This document shows, piece after piece, positions 18,201 through 26,065 of a stretch of DNA of 64,000 nucleotides (the first letter of the stretch is position 1; every line of letters starts with the position of its first letter). This stretch comes from Clostridia bacterium. GTDB lineage: Bacteria > Bacillota > Clostridia > Oscillospirales > CAG-272. A program made the translations under genes and the position numbers. The notes below the pieces were generated by a model, which did not search any database, was not told where the DNA came from, and saw only the letters and a list, made by a program, of their open reading frames with translations. The DNA is taken from NCBI GenBank assembly GCA_017407225.1, contig JAFQWY010000128.1:15365-79364 (forward strand). The letters are read 5' to 3'.

Positions 18201-19044
18201 TCATACCCATGATGCCGACGGTGACCGTCTGTATCTGTTCGCATATCTGTTCAAGTACACACTGGACGTGACCGGAGGCGGAACTGTGACGCTTCCCGAT
18301 GACAGCGGTATCGTGGTGATGGCTGCCACCGCTGCTTCCGCGTCCAATGATCTGACCGTACCCGCACTTCCCCTGTACGACAGAGTGGACGAACCGGCGG
18401 GCAGAAAATTCACCGTAACCGTAACCGGTGCGGACGGTGAAGTTCTTCAGACTGTCGCGGAGTATGAAGGCAGAGTGGCGCTGATCCGGGTACCCAAGTA
18501 CAGCGCAGGCGCAGTGTTCACCGGATGGGAAAGTGACGATATTTCCGCAGTTTACGACAACGCTGCCGTCATCCGGATGCCCGGGCATGATGTGAACGTG
18601 AAGGTGCTGACGGAAAAGCTGGGCAGCGATGTGCTTCTGGGCAAGCCCTGCCGTGCAAGCGGTGAATTCAACGAACGTGAAGTGGGTGCCAATGCCCTCA
18701 ACGGAGACGACACCAGCAAGTGGTGTGCAAACTCCGAGGACAACATCAACTGGCTGGAAGCGGATGCGGGCGAAGCTGTCACCGTGGACAAGTGGTTTGT
18801 GATGCACGCCGGCGCTCAGGAATCCGCAGCATGGAATTCCCGTGATTTCAGACTGGAATACAAGCTGAATGAAGAGGATGAATGGCAGACTGCCGACGAT
18901 GTGAAGGATAACGAGGAAACCCTCACCCTCCGCTCCTTCGCTCCCGTTACCGCAAGATACTTCCGTCTGATGATTACCCGTGCCACCCAGGGCAGAGAAG
19001 GAACCGTACGGATCTATATGTGGCAGATTTACCGCGCGGAATAA
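15265..19044 (+). CDS. GH38 alpha-mannosidase with a C-terminal F5/8 type C (discoidin) carbohydrate-binding domain
   Basis: The N-terminus LYVVANAHLDTQWNWT is the GH38 metal-site motif. About 1259 aa. The C-terminal NALNGDDTSKWCA...RYFRLMITRA is discoidin-like. The start was chosen at ATG 15265, after GGAGGA. Confidence 0.9.
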   Translation: MNQPKKLYVVANAHLDTQWNWTIQDTIRDCVRRTLERNFYLMDKYPHYRMNFEGAFRYKLAKEYYPDLYEKLKGYIAEGRWNVAGSTWDAMDANVPSSEALMRQVLYGNGFFEKEFGKKSTDIFLADCFGFNYALPSVEAHMGLNGFHTQKLVWGVGSPIYEEDGTVSKPMPVRDKPRMDLGRWIGPDGKGVAASFLEGNYTYNFDNDHDERPVGQREEYLRAIEHNEKYTGHAVRSMYFGTGDYGGSCRESSARMVNEAVEANGSPDSMYEVVSASTDQIFNELTEEQRNALPVYDGELLIPHGSGALTSHTISKRWNRKNELLADSAERAAVMASWLGASEYPAQRFLTAWQTFLWHQFHDDLPGTSIAAAYVFSYNDYVIAMNMFAAELANAVGGVVRSLDTAVEGTPVVIYNPVSCSRNDIASVELDVKTPYVRVFDGLGREVPAQLSVIGGRKTVRFTASVDPVSCTVFEIRESETPSPLVSALKITGNSLENQRYIVAIDENGDIASIIDKANGGFELLKSPAQLEIGPDTSANWPSWELVWKDALETPVIVGGTPEIEIVENGPAVVSLKIRRTCEGSVFEQTISLWDGGQRVDVACCVDWYQRKSNLRAAFPLNVSNPKATFDLGLGAIESGNTDSFPYYQHLVHQWADLTAEDGSYGVSILNDCKYGMDKPSDNTLRLTLIHTPACPFSSESGQDWQDMGTNRFTYSITGHAGFRDTTALEAAQLNQPMMSFFTPRQEGDSRSLSFVSVSDEHVLVRCLKKEEKGGRIIIRVQETSGKGAENLKIRFCAPIESAEETNGYEDTIGSASFEDREITCTLTPYAVRTFAVTLAEAGAAEKNVQIPLDLPYNKRVTTWNEDRTAGELADSISIPAELYEENVTSGGISFRLAPADADNAVICAGQKIEIPEGCSRLHILAASLTGDRPAVFGVDGREVTVPMQDCKANVGSWVMLVNGAPCLIKRDEIAVNYTHTHDADGDRLYLFAYLFKYTLDVTGGGTVTLPDDSGIVVMAATAASASNDLTVPALPLYDRVDEPAGRKFTVTVTGADGEVLQTVAEYEGRVALIRVPKYSAGAVFTGWESDDISAVYDNAAVIRMPGHDVNVKVLTEKLGSDVLLGKPCRASGEFNEREVGANALNGDDTSKWCANSEDNINWLEADAGEAVTVDKWFVMHAGAQESAAWNSRDFRLEYKLNEEDEWQTADDVKDNEETLTLRSFAPVTARYFRLMITRATQGREGTVRIYMWQIYRAE

Positions 19045-19063
19045 ACTGAAATATTGATATAAT

Positions 19064-19109
19064 TCCCTCGGGAGAGTATCGCTGCGGATACATCCCGGGG
19101 GGATTTTTT
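19064..19109 (+). terminator. Intrinsic terminator after the GH38 gene
   Basis: TCCCTCGGGA ... TCCCGGGGGGA stem with an inner GTATC/GATAC pair, followed by TTTTTT. Confidence 0.8.
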
Positions 19110-19197
19110 ACGGTACGATGGATTTCAGCTTCCGTATCTCAAATATGTTCTGAGTGTGAATATCCAATGAATTCCAGTAAGGGGACGGGTTATTCGG

Positions 19198-19226
19198 TTG
19201 ACAAACAGAATGGATTGTGATACAAT
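19198..19226 (+). promoter_or_regulatory. Sigma-A-type promoter of the cpsB / BY-kinase / LCP operon
   Basis: TTGACA-17 nt-TACAAT, about 80 nt upstream of ATG 19307. Confidence 0.65.
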
Positions 19227-19306
19227 ATAGTGAAAATCTATTTTTATTTCCGTTTTTCGGCGGCAGACAGGACGGTGCGGCGGAATTCCGGAACCGGAGG
19301 ACTGCC

Positions 19307-20047
19307 ATGATGCTTTACGATATTCACTGTCATATGCTTCCGGGACTGGATGACGGTGCATTTTCCATGGATGAATCCGTGCTGATGGCTGAAATGGCTG
19401 CTTCTCATCATGAGAGAGCCGTTGTGTGCACACCTCACTGGCTTCCGGACAGCGATTATGATCTGCGGACCCTTCTGGGAGTGCTTCAGAAAACCGGATC
19501 CGTTCTGCGTGAGCGGGGAATCCGACTGAAACTGATCGCCGGACAGGAGATTTTTCTGGATGAAAACTACCGCGAAACCGTCGGGCTACTGGAGTCCTCC
19601 CGTCTGCTGACCATCAACCGGTCCGTGTATCCTCTGGTGGAGTTCAGCCCGTATGTCAGCGAACATCTGGTATACAGCAGCATCGGATATCTGACGGCAA
19701 GAGGATTTATTCCCATTATCGCCCATCCGGAACGGTACAGATTCGTTATTGAGGATCCGTCCGTTCTGAAACGGATGAAAAATCTGGGGGCATTTCTGCA
19801 GATGAACAAGGGAAGCGTTTCCGGCTTTTTCGGCGGCAGTGTGCGGCGTACGGCAGAATATATGCTCAGCGCACGCCTGGCGGATTTTGCGGCAAGTGAT
19901 GCCCACAGTCCTTACCGGAGAACACCTCCGCTGAACGAACTGCACGAATGGCTCAGTGTGAATTGTTCCATGCGGTATGCGGATTTTCTGTTGTGTGAGA
20001 ATCCTCTGCGTGTTCTGAAAAACGAGAGAATCTATTCATATACTTAA
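19307..20047 (+). CDS. cpsB: PHP-family protein-tyrosine phosphatase (CpsB/YwqE type)
   Basis: MMLYDIHCHMLPGLDDGA is the characteristic N-terminus. HPERY and DAHS motifs are present. GGAGG lies 7 nt upstream of ATG 19307. The upstream part of the track ORF covers the promoter. Confidence 0.85.
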   Translation: MMLYDIHCHMLPGLDDGAFSMDESVLMAEMAASHHERAVVCTPHWLPDSDYDLRTLLGVLQKTGSVLRERGIRLKLIAGQEIFLDENYRETVGLLESSRLLTINRSVYPLVEFSPYVSEHLVYSSIGYLTARGFIPIIAHPERYRFVIEDPSVLKRMKNLGAFLQMNKGSVSGFFGGSVRRTAEYMLSARLADFAASDAHSPYRRTPPLNELHEWLSVNCSMRYADFLLCENPLRVLKNERIYSYT

Positions 20048-20084
20048 ATATTCTACGATTATCTACAGGAGTTTTCCAAACGGA

Positions 20085-20900
20085 ATGAGAATTCTGCGTA
20101 CAAGTGTTTTGGTGATATTCGTGATCGTGCTGGCTCTGTTCAGTGTCTTCAAGGTACAGCAGCGCAGCGCCGACAAAACCTACCCCGTGATTACCATTGA
20201 AGAAGATATGCTGAACGTCAGCATTACGGCGACTGATGATGCTCTGCTGCAGGGGGTTGCCGCTTACGACGAAAAAGACGGCGATCTGACCCATAAACTG
20301 ATTGTTGAATCTGTTTCCCGCTTTGTGGAAACCGGTGTGTGCGTGGTCAATTATGTGGTATGTGACAGCGATCATCATACCGCTTCCGCTTCCAGACGGA
20401 TTACCTATACGGACTATGAGCATCCCCGGTTCACGCTTTCCGATTCTCTGGTATTCGGACTATCGGAGAATGTCAATGTCCGCAAACGGTTGGGAGCTGT
20501 GGATTCCATTGACGGAGACATCAGCAATAAGGTGATTATCACAGCCAATGAGTATTCTTCCAATGTGGCGGGGGTCAGCTATATTTCCGCAAAAGTAACC
20601 AACAGCAAAGGTGACAGTATCTCCATGGAGCTTCCGGTTTATTTGGAGGAATTGAGCCTGTCCGCTCCCAGAATCCTGCTGAAAGAGTACCTTGCTTACC
20701 GGAAGGTCGGAGAAGAATTTGATATTATGGCAAACGTGACAGAGTGCCGGGATCAAAACGAAGAAGACTTGACCGCCTATTTGATAACGGATACCAATCT
20801 GGATCTGTCACAGCCCGGTGTTTACGAGGTTCATTATCATGTGACTGATTCAGGAGAAAGAAAGGGACATTCTGTTGCGACCGTGATCGTGGAAGAATGA
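20085..20900 (+). CDS. Membrane-anchored protein with tandem Ig-like (DUF5011-like) domains
   Basis: N-terminal TM helix (VLVIFVIVLALFSVF). Repeated D.KDGDLT.K / DGDISNKV motifs are typical of DUF5011-type Ig folds. It sits inside the cps-type operon. Confidence 0.6.
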   Translation: MRILRTSVLVIFVIVLALFSVFKVQQRSADKTYPVITIEEDMLNVSITATDDALLQGVAAYDEKDGDLTHKLIVESVSRFVETGVCVVNYVVCDSDHHTASASRRITYTDYEHPRFTLSDSLVFGLSENVNVRKRLGAVDSIDGDISNKVIITANEYSSNVAGVSYISAKVTNSKGDSISMELPVYLEELSLSAPRILLKEYLAYRKVGEEFDIMANVTECRDQNEEDLTAYLITDTNLDLSQPGVYEVHYHVTDSGERKGHSVATVIVEE

Positions 20901-20933
20901 TGCGCATACAGCAGAATCGGGTGATAAATAATA

Positions 20934-22403
20934 ATGAACGGATCTGACAATAAAAACAATTTCCATATTGAACTGTACAGTATCCTGCGGGATATTGTCA
21001 AGAATATCTGGGTTATCATACTGGCAGGACTGATCGGATTCATGACCGTTGATGTCTGGAATGACTGTATGTATACCCCCATGTACACCAGTACGGCAAC
21101 ACTGCTGGTCAATCTGAAAAACTCAGCCACCTATTCCTACACCAATCTGTCGTCTTCCACCGATATGGCACGGATTTTCACGAAAGTGTTTGTTCAGCCC
21201 ACCATGAAGGCATATGCGGCGGATCATCTGGGAATGGACAGCTTTGAAGGTTCTGTTTCTTCCTCTGTTCTGGAGAACACCAATATTTTTACCGTCAGCG
21301 TAACCGCATCGTCTCCCGAAATATCATACTACGAGCTTTGTGCGGTTCTGGATATCTATCCGCAGATTTCGGAATCCGTTTTCAGTGAGGCGGTAATCGA
21401 AATCATGCGTTATCCCAACCTGCCGAAAGCTCCGTCCAACTCCATTTCCGACGAGAATAAGCAGATTACCGTGATCGGATGCTCCGCACTGGTTCTTCTG
21501 ATCATCGTTCTGCTTTCCATATCACGGGATACGATCAAGGATGAAAGAATTTTCCGCGACAATGTGGATGCAAAGCTGCTCGGGATTGTCGGTCATGAAA
21601 GACCCCATGCGAACCTCAGGGAACGCCTGATGCGGAAGAAATCATCCCTGCTGATCTGCGATGCGTATGCCAGCTTTCAGTTTACCGAGCATTATCATAA
21701 GCTGGCGACAAAGCTGGAATATCTGCGCCGCACCGAGAATGCAAAGGTGTTTCTGATTACCAGTCTGGCGGAAAACGAAGGGAAATCCACAACTGCGGCA
21801 AACATCGCTCTTGCACTGGCAAGCAGGAATAATAAAGTGGCACTGCTGGATATGGACTTCAAAAAGCCGGCACTGCACAAGGTTTTTCAGCTGCAGAATG
21901 AAACCGTAACGGATCTGGCCTCTCTTCTGTCCGGAAAAAGCAGTTACGAGGAATACAAATTCTACCCTTATAAGCAGACCGCTCTGGATCTTGCCCTGAA
22001 CAAAAAAAGCTACAGCAATTACGTGGAATGGATCTACTCCGATCGGGTAACCGGGATTTTCAATTCTCTTCGTGCGGACGAACGGTATGATTTTATCATC
22101 ATCGATACACCGCCGCTGTCCGTTGCCGCAGACGTAACCGGACTGGTACAGAATGCCGATAAATCTCTGCTGGTTGTCCGGACAGACTATGTGTATACCG
22201 CAGCAATCAACGATGCGGTTCTTTCTCTCACCGAAAACAGCAGTTTCGCAGGCTGTATCCTCAACGATGTACACCGTGAGTTCTCCCTGATGGGACAGCT
22301 GGGGTTCGATGAATCCGGTTATTACAGCAGGTACCATAAAGGCTACCATTCCTATGACAGTTATCACAAGTATTCTGATTTCCGGGATACTACCGAATCT
22401 TAA
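20934..22403 (+). CDS. Fused Wzz-type chain-length modulator / BY-kinase (CpsC-CpsD fusion), paralog 1
   Basis: Two TM segments flank a Wzz-like domain. Walker A AENEGKST, Walker A-prime LLDMDFKKP, Walker B DFIIIDTPP. The C-terminal Tyr cluster is GYYSRYHKGYHSYDSYHKY. Confidence 0.85.
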   Translation: MNGSDNKNNFHIELYSILRDIVKNIWVIILAGLIGFMTVDVWNDCMYTPMYTSTATLLVNLKNSATYSYTNLSSSTDMARIFTKVFVQPTMKAYAADHLGMDSFEGSVSSSVLENTNIFTVSVTASSPEISYYELCAVLDIYPQISESVFSEAVIEIMRYPNLPKAPSNSISDENKQITVIGCSALVLLIIVLLSISRDTIKDERIFRDNVDAKLLGIVGHERPHANLRERLMRKKSSLLICDAYASFQFTEHYHKLATKLEYLRRTENAKVFLITSLAENEGKSTTAANIALALASRNNKVALLDMDFKKPALHKVFQLQNETVTDLASLLSGKSSYEEYKFYPYKQTALDLALNKKSYSNYVEWIYSDRVTGIFNSLRADERYDFIIIDTPPLSVAADVTGLVQNADKSLLVVRTDYVYTAAINDAVLSLTENSSFAGCILNDVHREFSLMGQLGFDESGYYSRYHKGYHSYDSYHKYSDFRDTTES

Positions 22404-22421
22404 TCAATATGGTGTTGAATT

Positions 22422-23960
22422 ATGAATGCAGCAAATCACTCAAGTGAATCCCATAGCAGCCAGGAACAGCTGCAGGATCAGAAGCTGGATCTGGATTTCT
22501 CACAGTTTATCAGCGGATTCCTGAAATTCTGGTGGGTCTGTGTGATTCTGGCGGTTCTGTTTGCAGGCTTGATGTATGCAAGGAGCAAGATGACATACTC
22601 CCCTGTCTATAAATCGTCCGTGACTTTCACGGTTCAGACCCAGACAGTGAGCGGAAACGGTCTTGGCGTAACATCATACTCCTTTTCCTCAAACCGAGCC
22701 TCTGCCGCACAGCTTTCCTCTTCTTTTCCGAGCATTATTCAAAGCAATATCCTGCAGGATGTGGTCTGCAATGACCTTGACCTGAAGTATTTTCCCTGTT
22801 CACTGTCTGCGTCTGTTGTGTCGGGAACCAATATGTTCACCATTACTGCGACCGGCAAGGATCCTGAACTGACATACGAAGTGCTGTGTTCCGTGATCCG
22901 CAAGTATCCGGATGTGGCGCAGTATGTACTCGGGAATACCAATCTGTATATCCTTACCGAACCTGTGATTCCCACAGTTCCGGCCAATCAGGTTTCCTAC
23001 CGCGGACAGGTGATGCGCGGGGCGGCTCTCGGCGTTGCTCTTGGGCTGGTCTGGATTATGCTCTATGCCGTAATGCGGAAAACCATCCGCAGCCGCACAG
23101 ATATCCGGATAAAGCTGAACCAGAATTGTCTCGGTGTTCTGCCCGAGGTAACATTCAAACGGTATAACAAGGAAATCAATCGTTCCATCATCCTGAGCAA
23201 TCCCATGATCGGGGAAGGGTATCTGGAATCCTTCCGCGCGCTCCGGAATTCTCTGCTGAATTCCGCCGGAGATTCAAGGGTGATTATGGTGACCAGTACG
23301 GCTCCCGGTGAAGGCAAAACCACGGTTTCCATCAATCTGGCACTTTCGCTTGCCATGATGAACAAAAGCGTTGTTCTGGTGGACGCGGATATCCGGAACC
23401 CCAGTGTGAGCAGCCGTCTGGGTCTCAAAAATTCCGCAAGTACGACCGAAAATCCCCACATCGGCAAGCTGACACAGCTGAAGGTGAATTCCACCGCTTC
23501 CATGGCGGTTCTGAATTTCAATACCGTGAAGTATTCCATGTGGAAATTCTTCGATGTGAATAACCTGACTGCTCTGATCGAACAACTGAAAGGGAAGTAT
23601 GACTACGTAATCGTGGATACATCCCCTCTCGGAATTACATCGGAACCTGCGGTCATCGCACAGGTGGTGGATGCCGCAATTCTGACGATCCGCCATGACC
23701 TGGTTCGTACCTCCCGTATTTTTTCCGTACTGGATACCCTGATGGCCACCAATGTGACCATACTTGGATGTGTGCTTAACGGCGTTGCATCCGGCAGCGG
23801 CAGTTACGGATATGGTTACGGACGTTACGGATACGGTTACGGGAGTTACGGCTATGGCTACGGTTATGGTTATGGATACGGCTACGGCGATAAGAAAAAA
23901 CGTCGGAAACGCCGCTCCTCAAGCCGCAGAACTTCCGGGGAGAGTTCCTCAAATCAATAG
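22422..23960 (+). CDS. Fused Wzz-type chain-length modulator / BY-kinase, paralog 2, with a (YG)n tail
   Basis: Walker A APGEGKTT, Walker A-prime VLVDADIRNP, Walker B DYVIVDTSP. The C-terminal tail is SYGYGYGRYGYGYGSYGYGYGYGYGYGYG followed by KKKRRKRRSSSRR. Confidence 0.85.
   Translation: MNAANHSSESHSSQEQLQDQKLDLDFSQFISGFLKFWWVCVILAVLFAGLMYARSKMTYSPVYKSSVTFTVQTQTVSGNGLGVTSYSFSSNRASAAQLSSSFPSIIQSNILQDVVCNDLDLKYFPCSLSASVVSGTNMFTITATGKDPELTYEVLCSVIRKYPDVAQYVLGNTNLYILTEPVIPTVPANQVSYRGQVMRGAALGVALGLVWIMLYAVMRKTIRSRTDIRIKLNQNCLGVLPEVTFKRYNKEINRSIILSNPMIGEGYLESFRALRNSLLNSAGDSRVIMVTSTAPGEGKTTVSINLALSLAMMNKSVVLVDADIRNPSVSSRLGLKNSASTTENPHIGKLTQLKVNSTASMAVLNFNTVKYSMWKFFDVNNLTALIEQLKGKYDYVIVDTSPLGITSEPAVIAQVVDAAILTIRHDLVRTSRIFSVLDTLMATNVTILGCVLNGVASGSGSYGYGYGRYGYGYGSYGYGYGYGYGYGYGDKKKRRKRRSSSRRTSGESSSNQ
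23805..23888 (+). repeat. Coding (TAY-GGN)n repeat giving a 28-residue Tyr-Gly tract in BY-kinase paralog 2
   Basis: YGYGYG-R-YGYGYG-S-YGYGYGYGYGYGYG is read directly from the sequence. Synonymous positions vary. Confidence 0.9.
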
Positions 23961-23968
23961 ATGTTATT

Positions 23969-24000
23969 CTATAACCTATGCCGTCAGGTGTAGGTTATAG
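23969..24000 (+). terminator. Hairpin after BY-kinase paralog 2 (terminator or attenuator; weak U-tract)
   Basis: Perfect 10-bp stem CTATAACCTA / TAGGTTATAG with a 12-nt loop, followed by GTGTTTATT. Confidence 0.5.
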
Positions 24001-24492
24001 GTGTTTATTCAACCAATGAAAGAGATTATCAAAACCATCGATGCGCTGGAATCCGGTGATGAACTGGCTGAGCTGATCGCAGCAGGCGCAAAAATTCCGA
24101 TTGTCGTTACAGGCTCCAGTATGCTGCCCTTTCTCAGAAACAAACGGGATACTGTATGGCTGATGAAGGAAGAAAATTACAAAAGAGGTCAGATTCTGTT
24201 TTTCCGCCGGGATAACGGTATGTTTGTTCTGCACCGGATCCGCAGGGTATACCCGGACGGGCGTATGCTTCTCAACGGCGATGCCCAGACAGCCTGTGAA
24301 ATCATACGTCCGGATCAGGCATTGGCTGTGGTGTATGCGGTCAGCCGGAACGGAAAGACGAAACCGGCAGATTGTCTGTTGTGGAAGCTGCGGGATTTGC
24401 TCTGGTATCCCACAAGACCGCTCCGGCCTGTGATCTTCAGCATATACAGGAAGCTGCGGAGTCTGTTCCGGAAAGCAACGGAACAATCATGA
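24001..24492 (+). CDS. S24/S26-family (signal-peptidase/LexA-like) serine peptidase
   Basis: VTGSSMLPFL nucleophile-Ser motif and a beta-rich core. The start is uncertain (GTG 24001 or ATG 24016), and neither has a strong SD. Confidence 0.6.
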   Translation: MFIQPMKEIIKTIDALESGDELAELIAAGAKIPIVVTGSSMLPFLRNKRDTVWLMKEENYKRGQILFFRRDNGMFVLHRIRRVYPDGRMLLNGDAQTACEIIRPDQALAVVYAVSRNGKTKPADCLLWKLRDLLWYPTRPLRPVIFSIYRKLRSLFRKATEQS

Positions 24493-24533
24493 TAAAACTG
24501 ACTTGAAGCAAAACTACGGAGAAAACCTGAAAA

Positions 24534-26009
24534 ATGGAAAGAAAAAAGAAAAAAATCAGTGTTCTCAGACTGATTCTGCTGATTATCGGCATTATACTGC
24601 TGACAGCGGTGATTCTGGTGATTGCATTGGGAGCATCCCTGCTGATCCGCTATCATAATTCTGCGTATGAGTATGAGCCCCCGGTGGAACGGGAAGAAGA
24701 ATACATTATGCCGGATTATCCCGAGGTAATCATAGATCCGAATGCCCAGTGGATGGCGGATGATACGCAGCAGGAAACGCTTCTGCCCGAAACCGTACCG
24801 GAGACTGTGCCCGACACTGCTGCCGATACTGCACCTGAGACCGTTCCGGAGACTGTGCCCGACACTGCCGAATCCCTCCCCGAAACCGCTGAACCGGAAG
24901 AAATTGTTCCCGAAACGGAGGAGCCTGCAGAGAGCGCTGAGACTGCCGAAGTGAAAGAGACGGAGAAAGACGGACTGACGGAGCAGGTTCCCAATTCCGA
25001 TCCGGATGAAACGCAGAAACAGGAAACACAGGCGCCTGCGGAAACTCCCAAAGCGACTCAGACCGTGTATGTTCCTCCGGAAACCTTGCCCAATGTGGTG
25101 AATCCCACTCCTGCCACATCCGCACCGGAGACCAAACCGGCGGAAACCAAGCCGGCGGAAACCATCGCGTATAACCGGGATGCATCATTTTCCAATACTG
25201 CCAATACCGTCAGTGTGTACGCCAATGTCCCTATCTATAAGGTAAACCAGAAGAATTCCGACATTGTCAATATTCTGGTCATGGGCACGGACTCCCGCGA
25301 TGTTACACTGGACCGCGGCAGAAGCGATACCATGATCGTGGTGTCCTACAACTCGAAAACCGGATCCGTGAAGCTGACCTCCCTTCTCCGTGACTCCCTG
25401 GTGCCCATTGAAGGCGTGGGCTGGAACCGGATCAATACCGCGTATTTCTTCGGTGGTGTCGGCCTTGCCATCAATACAGTCAACCAGCTGTATAATCTGG
25501 ATATCCAGCAGTTTATGGTGATTGACCTCAACGGTGTAGTGGATTTCATCGACTACATCGGCGGTGTCGAGCTGACTTTCACCCAGGAAGAAGCGGAGTA
25601 TTACACGGAAGTATACGGACGTCCTATAGAAGCCGGAACTCAGCAGTGCAGCAGCAATATGGCACTGAGACATATGCGAAACCGTACCATCGGTTCTGAT
25701 TTTGAGCGTACACGCCGCCAGCGGGACGTAGTCATCGCGGTGGTGAACAAGATCCTCAACGAAAAATCCACAACGGAGATTTATGACATCGTGGACTATA
25801 TGTTCTCGCTGATCAAGACCAATATTTCCGCCAAGGATCTGCTCTCCTATGCTACATCCGTTCTTGGAAATGCCTCCAAACTGAGCATCGACAATCAGAA
25901 TGTTCCCTATTCCGATGCCTATCAGTATGCCCGGTATAACGGTATGTCCATTATTTCCTACGATATCGCAAAAGCGGCATCCAGAATTCAGAAATTCATA
26001 TACGGCTGA
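24534..26009 (+). CDS. LytR-CpsA-Psr (LCP) family glycopolymer transferase with a Pro/Glu/Thr-rich linker
   Basis: N-terminal TM helix. Low-complexity ETVPETVPDTA repeats. The LCP core is ILVMGTDSRD...GRSDTMIVVSYN...LLRDSLV. Confidence 0.85.
   Translation: MERKKKKISVLRLILLIIGIILLTAVILVIALGASLLIRYHNSAYEYEPPVEREEEYIMPDYPEVIIDPNAQWMADDTQQETLLPETVPETVPDTAADTAPETVPETVPDTAESLPETAEPEEIVPETEEPAESAETAEVKETEKDGLTEQVPNSDPDETQKQETQAPAETPKATQTVYVPPETLPNVVNPTPATSAPETKPAETKPAETIAYNRDASFSNTANTVSVYANVPIYKVNQKNSDIVNILVMGTDSRDVTLDRGRSDTMIVVSYNSKTGSVKLTSLLRDSLVPIEGVGWNRINTAYFFGGVGLAINTVNQLYNLDIQQFMVIDLNGVVDFIDYIGGVELTFTQEEAEYYTEVYGRPIEAGTQQCSSNMALRHMRNRTIGSDFERTRRQRDVVIAVVNKILNEKSTTEIYDIVDYMFSLIKTNISAKDLLSYATSVLGNASKLSIDNQNVPYSDAYQYARYNGMSIISYDIAKAASRIQKFIYG
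24798..24868 (+). repeat. In-frame 23-nt perfect direct repeat (48-nt period) in the LCP linker
   Basis: CCGGAGACTGTGCCCGACACTGC occurs at 24798..24820 and 24846..24868, encoding the repeated PETVPDTA. Confidence 0.85.
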
Positions 26010-26019
26010 TCCGCAGCAG

Positions 26020-26062
26020 AAAACCGACGTGATCCGTTCGATAACGGTACGTCGGTTTTTTT
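26020..26062. terminator. Bidirectional intrinsic terminator (LCP gene / pmbA convergent)
   Basis: AAAACCGACGT ... ACGTCGGTTTT stem with an inner CCGTT/AACGG pair, followed by T7. Confidence 0.85.
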
Positions 26063-26065
26063 GTA

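Noticed and set aside
23805-23888. The hexanucleotide repeat, considered as a CRISPR-like or microsatellite non-coding array.
   Set aside because: It is in frame within the BY-kinase ORF and encodes the Tyr-Gly tail. There are no spacers, and synonymous sites vary.
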